Source: Candidatus Moraniibacteriota bacterium (GTDB lineage Bacteria > Patescibacteriota > Minisyncoccia > Moranbacterales > UBA9337). From it: a DNA stretch of 43,273 nt. The notes beneath the pieces are model-generated. The model was given only the letters and a program-made list of their open reading frames with translations. It did no database searches and was not told the DNA's origin. The stretch is from NCBI GenBank assembly GCA_026985555.1, contig JALSQF010000003.1, positions 128,605 to 171,877 on the forward strand, written 5' to 3'. Each line of letters starts with the position of its first letter. Positions within the stretch are counted from its first letter, which is position 1. Position numbers and translations under genes: made by a program. Positions 40,184 to 43,273 of the stretch are shown here, piece by piece.

Positions 40184-40356
40184 AAAAGTATTTAAAATTT
40201 TTTCAAGCTTTTAATGAGATATAAGTATAAGTTTATAGAATGGTTTACGAGAGGATTATTTTGTATAATTTTTTTGTATAATTTTTTAGACAAAATAATA
40301 TTTTTATGTTAGTTTTTATTTGATAGTTATTTAATGAAATTAAAATTCGTTTTTTT

Positions 40357-41445
40357 ATGATGAATAAGTATAAACAATGGAAAAATAAAATAACTGGAAA
40401 ATTTTTTGGAAATCTTTCTAATGATGTAGGTATAGATTTAGGAACGGCTAACACTTTAGTTTATGTTAATGGTAAAGGTATCGTGATTAATGAACCGTCG
40501 GTTGTAGCTATCAACAAAAAGACTGGTCAAATTTTAGCCATAGGAAAAGAAGCTAAAAAAATGGTGGGCAAAACGCCGGGACATATAGTAGCTATTCGTC
40601 CTTTAGTTGATGGTGTAGTGAGTGATTATGAAACAACACAACAGATGTTGCGTTATTTTATTAATAAAGTTCGTAAAAAATCTTTTGCCTTACTTCCTCG
40701 TCCTAGAGTGTTAGTAGGAATTCCTTCGGGAGTAACAGAAGTAGAAAGAAGGGCAGTAATAGAAGCTACTATTAATGCAGGAGCGCGAGAAGCTTATTTA
40801 ATTGATGAACCTATGGCAGCAGCTATCGGAGCACGTTTGCCTGTTATTAATGCCACAGGAAATATGATAGTAGATATTGGAGGAGGAACAAGTGAAATAG
40901 CAGTGATTTCTTTAGGAGGAGTAGTGGTTTCCAGGAGTTTAAGAATTGCAGGAGATGAGATGAACGAAGATATTGTGCGTTATTGTCGGGATAAATTTAA
41001 TTTATTGATTGGGGAAAGAACGGCTGAGGAAGTAAAGATAAGAATAGGAAGCGCTTATCCTCAAGAAAAAAAAGAAAGAATTGTAATTAGAGGTAGGGAT
41101 TTAGTTAGTGGATTACCAAAAGAAATAAAAGCCAATAATGAAGAAATTGAGGAGGCGCTTTCTCGTTCAATTAGAATTATTGTAAACAATATTAGAACTA
41201 TTATTGAAGAAACTCCTCCAGAACTTATAGCTGACATAATGCAACAAGGGATTATTTTAGCTGGCGGAGGGAGCTTAATTAGAGGCTTAGATAAATTAAT
41301 TGCTAATCAAACAGGTATGCCAGTGAGAATGATGGAGGATCCTTTAACAGCGGTAGTAAGAGGGACAGGAATTGTTTTGAATGATTTGGAACACTTAAAA
41401 GATGTTCTTTTAGAAACAGATAAAATTGAAAAACCGCTACATTAA
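40357..41445 (+). CDS. mreB: Rod shape-determining protein MreB
   Basis: GIDLGTANT, EPSVVA, RPL.DGV, EPMAAAIGA, DIGGGT, TPPEL, GGGSL. Confidence 0.98.
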   Translation: MMNKYKQWKNKITGKFFGNLSNDVGIDLGTANTLVYVNGKGIVINEPSVVAINKKTGQILAIGKEAKKMVGKTPGHIVAIRPLVDGVVSDYETTQQMLRYFINKVRKKSFALLPRPRVLVGIPSGVTEVERRAVIEATINAGAREAYLIDEPMAAAIGARLPVINATGNMIVDIGGGTSEIAVISLGGVVVSRSLRIAGDEMNEDIVRYCRDKFNLLIGERTAEEVKIRIGSAYPQEKKERIVIRGRDLVSGLPKEIKANNEEIEEALSRSIRIIVNNIRTIIEETPPELIADIMQQGIILAGGGSLIRGLDKLIANQTGMPVRMMEDPLTAVVRGTGIVLNDLEHLKDVLLETDKIEKPLH

Positions 41446-41489
41446 ATAATAAACAATTCTGTTATTTTTTAAGAAAAAAATAAGAACAT

Positions 41490-42284
41490 ATGGGGATAAA
41501 AAAATTTTTCAATAAAAAACAGAAAATTTTTTGGGTAGGAATAATTATTCTTTTGGTTTTATTTTTAAATTTTTTTCAAGAAAAATTTTTTTTTAATTTT
41601 GTTTTTAGCATAACTTATCCTTTTCAAAAAGTTTTTTATTTAACCTCTCAAAAAGCAAATAATTTTATTTATTTATTTGAAAACATTAGCAAATTAAAAC
41701 AAGAAAATGAAAGACTATATCAAGAAAATATAAGACTATTAGCTAGAAATAATCAATTAGAAAACTTAGAGAAAGAAAATAAACATTTAAGGGAAGAGTT
41801 AGGTTTATTACCTCAAGATAAATTTAAAATAGAAAAAGCGCAAATTATTGGCAGAAGTTCTAATATAAATAACTGGTTATTAATTGATAAAGGAAAAAAA
41901 CAAGGAATTGAGGTGGGTCAACCAGTGGTGATAGCGCAAGGTATTTTTATAGGAAAAGTAAAAAAGGTTTTTCAGTATAGCGCTCAAATTATTTTAATTT
42001 CTAATTCTCAAAGTAATATTAGTGCAATGGATAAAAACACTAATACGAAAGGAATTTTAAAAGGAAAATATGGGTTAGGAGTCTATTTAGATATGGTAAT
42101 GCCCACAGAAGCTATAAATAATAATGATGAAATTGTTACGGTAGCTACGGATAAAACTCCAGAAGGACTTTTAATTGGAAATTTAACCAATATTCATTTA
42201 TCTGATGATCATTTAGTTCAACAAGCGGATGTAGTAATTCCTTATGATTTAAGTAAAATTCATTTTGTGGGAGTTATTAAATAA
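41490..42284 (+). CDS. mreC: Rod shape-determining protein MreC
   Basis: Follows mreB; TM, coiled coil (L..EN..LR.EL), IDKG...GI..G.PV, P.GL.IG. Confidence 0.92.
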   Translation: MGIKKFFNKKQKIFWVGIIILLVLFLNFFQEKFFFNFVFSITYPFQKVFYLTSQKANNFIYLFENISKLKQENERLYQENIRLLARNNQLENLEKENKHLREELGLLPQDKFKIEKAQIIGRSSNINNWLLIDKGKKQGIEVGQPVVIAQGIFIGKVKKVFQYSAQIILISNSQSNISAMDKNTNTKGILKGKYGLGVYLDMVMPTEAINNNDEIVTVATDKTPEGLLIGNLTNIHLSDDHLVQQADVVIPYDLSKIHFVGVIK

Positions 42285-42301
42285 ATATTATTAAATTATC
42301 A

Positions 42302-43273
42302 ATGGAAAATAAAAGAAAAAAAATAATTGGGATTAATGCTTTTTTTTTAAGCCAGCCGAATACAGGTATAGGTCAAGTAACTGTTAGTCTAATAAATTCT
42401 TTTAAACAGGATAATTTTTATCGGAAAAATAAAACTTTAATTTATCTTCAGGATAGATTAAATAAAGAAAAAATTTTTTCAGATTTTCAAACTACAATCA
42501 TGCATTCTTTTTATCAGAGAAAGGATTTATTGCAAAAAATATGGAAAGAAAAAATTTTATTGCCTCGTAATTTTAAAAAAATTAAAGGAGATATTTTTTT
42601 AAGTTTGTATCAATGTCCGAGTGTGTTTTCTGATGCTTATCATTTAATGATAGTGCATGATATTATCCCTCATCTTTTTTCGGAATATCTAAATAATTGG
42701 CGGAAAAAAATTTATTGGAAACTTACTTTACGAGCTATAAAAAAAGCTGATAAAATTATAGCTGTTTCTTATTCTACTAAAAAGGATTTAATTAGTTATC
42801 TTTCTCTCTCACCTTCTCAAATAAAAGTAATTTATCCAGCTATTCATCCAATTTTTTATCAAGAAATTAGTTTTAAGACAAGGGAAAGAGTGCTTCAAAA
42901 ATATAATCTTTCTCCTGGTTATTTATATTATGGAGGAGGATTAGAAAAAAGAAAAAATATAAAGAGAATATTAAAAGCTTATCAAAAATTAAAAGCAGAA
43001 GATTTTAATTTACCTCCTCTGGTTATTTCAGGAAAACTAATGCCCCATTTAGCGCCTTTAGTGACAGATGCGGAAGATTTAGTGAAAAAAATGTCTTTAG
43101 AAGAAGAAGTAAAATTATTAGACTTTGTTCCGCAAAAGGATCTTCCTATTCTTTACTCTTCCGCCTCTCTCTTTCTTTTTCCCTCTCTCTATGAAGGATT
43201 TGGTCTCCCAGTTTTAGAAGCGCAAGCCTTAGGAACTCCCGTAATCACCAGCAATCTTTCTTCTTTGCCAGAA
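42302..43273 (+). CDS. GT4 glycosyltransferase (3'-truncated; absent from the ORF track)
   Basis: Manual translation from ATG 42302 is open to the end: TGIGQ, VHDIIP, ADKIIAVS.STKKD, KRKN, FPSLYEGFGLPVLEA..LGTPV. Confidence 0.92.
   Translation, partial: MENKRKKIIGINAFFLSQPNTGIGQVTVSLINSFKQDNFYRKNKTLIYLQDRLNKEKIFSDFQTTIMHSFYQRKDLLQKIWKEKILLPRNFKKIKGDIFLSLYQCPSVFSDAYHLMIVHDIIPHLFSEYLNNWRKKIYWKLTLRAIKKADKIIAVSYSTKKDLISYLSLSPSQIKVIYPAIHPIFYQEISFKTRERVLQKYNLSPGYLYYGGGLEKRKNIKRILKAYQKLKAEDFNLPPLVISGKLMPHLAPLVTDAEDLVKKMSLEEEVKLLDFVPQKDLPILYSSASLFLFPSLYEGFGLPVLEAQALGTPVITSNLSSLPE

Noticed and set aside
42340-42348. T9 tract as a phase-variation switch in the glycosyltransferase
   Set aside because: Similar A/T runs are common throughout this AT-rich window and the frame is intact.

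Overview
A very AT-rich bacterial chromosome segment with 41 supportable CDSs, 38 on the + strand. ORFs read intact under standard code 11 and canonical Shine-Dalgarno sites are almost absent. Gene content and motifs suggest Patescibacteria/CPR (Parcubacteria-like; inference). The housekeeping backbone is ftsH (3' end), map, groES, rpsF-ssb-rpsR-efp, pnp, ligA, malic enzyme, pcm, mltG, def-fmt, tpiA, pfkB, an ftsA-like gene, pyk, lgt, mreBC and two GT4 glycosyltransferases. Two clusters of secreted or membrane-anchored surface proteins (2770-5496 and 16769-19592) interrupt it. Main unexplained signals: (1) An identical 48-bp perfect palindrome at 19724 and 28499, plus an exact half copy at 5553; it holds three ATTTAAAT cores at 12-bp spacing, and two copies carry a shared ~200-bp AT-rich tail. 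(2) Two otherwise dissimilar Cys-rich secreted proteins both end in DW-x-EV-x-P-stop, a candidate docking/sorting strand reminiscent of PilY1/PilC C-termini; a PilX-like gene and a secreted fibre with a phage-type S74 chaperone are also present. (3) Recent near-exact internal duplications (303, 150 and 381 bp) confined to those surface loci. (4) Structured leaders upstream of rpsF and pnp. (5) No UGA stop among 40 stop codons. No rRNA, tRNA, CRISPR array, transposase or integrase was recognised. All calls come from motif recognition by eye; no searches were run.
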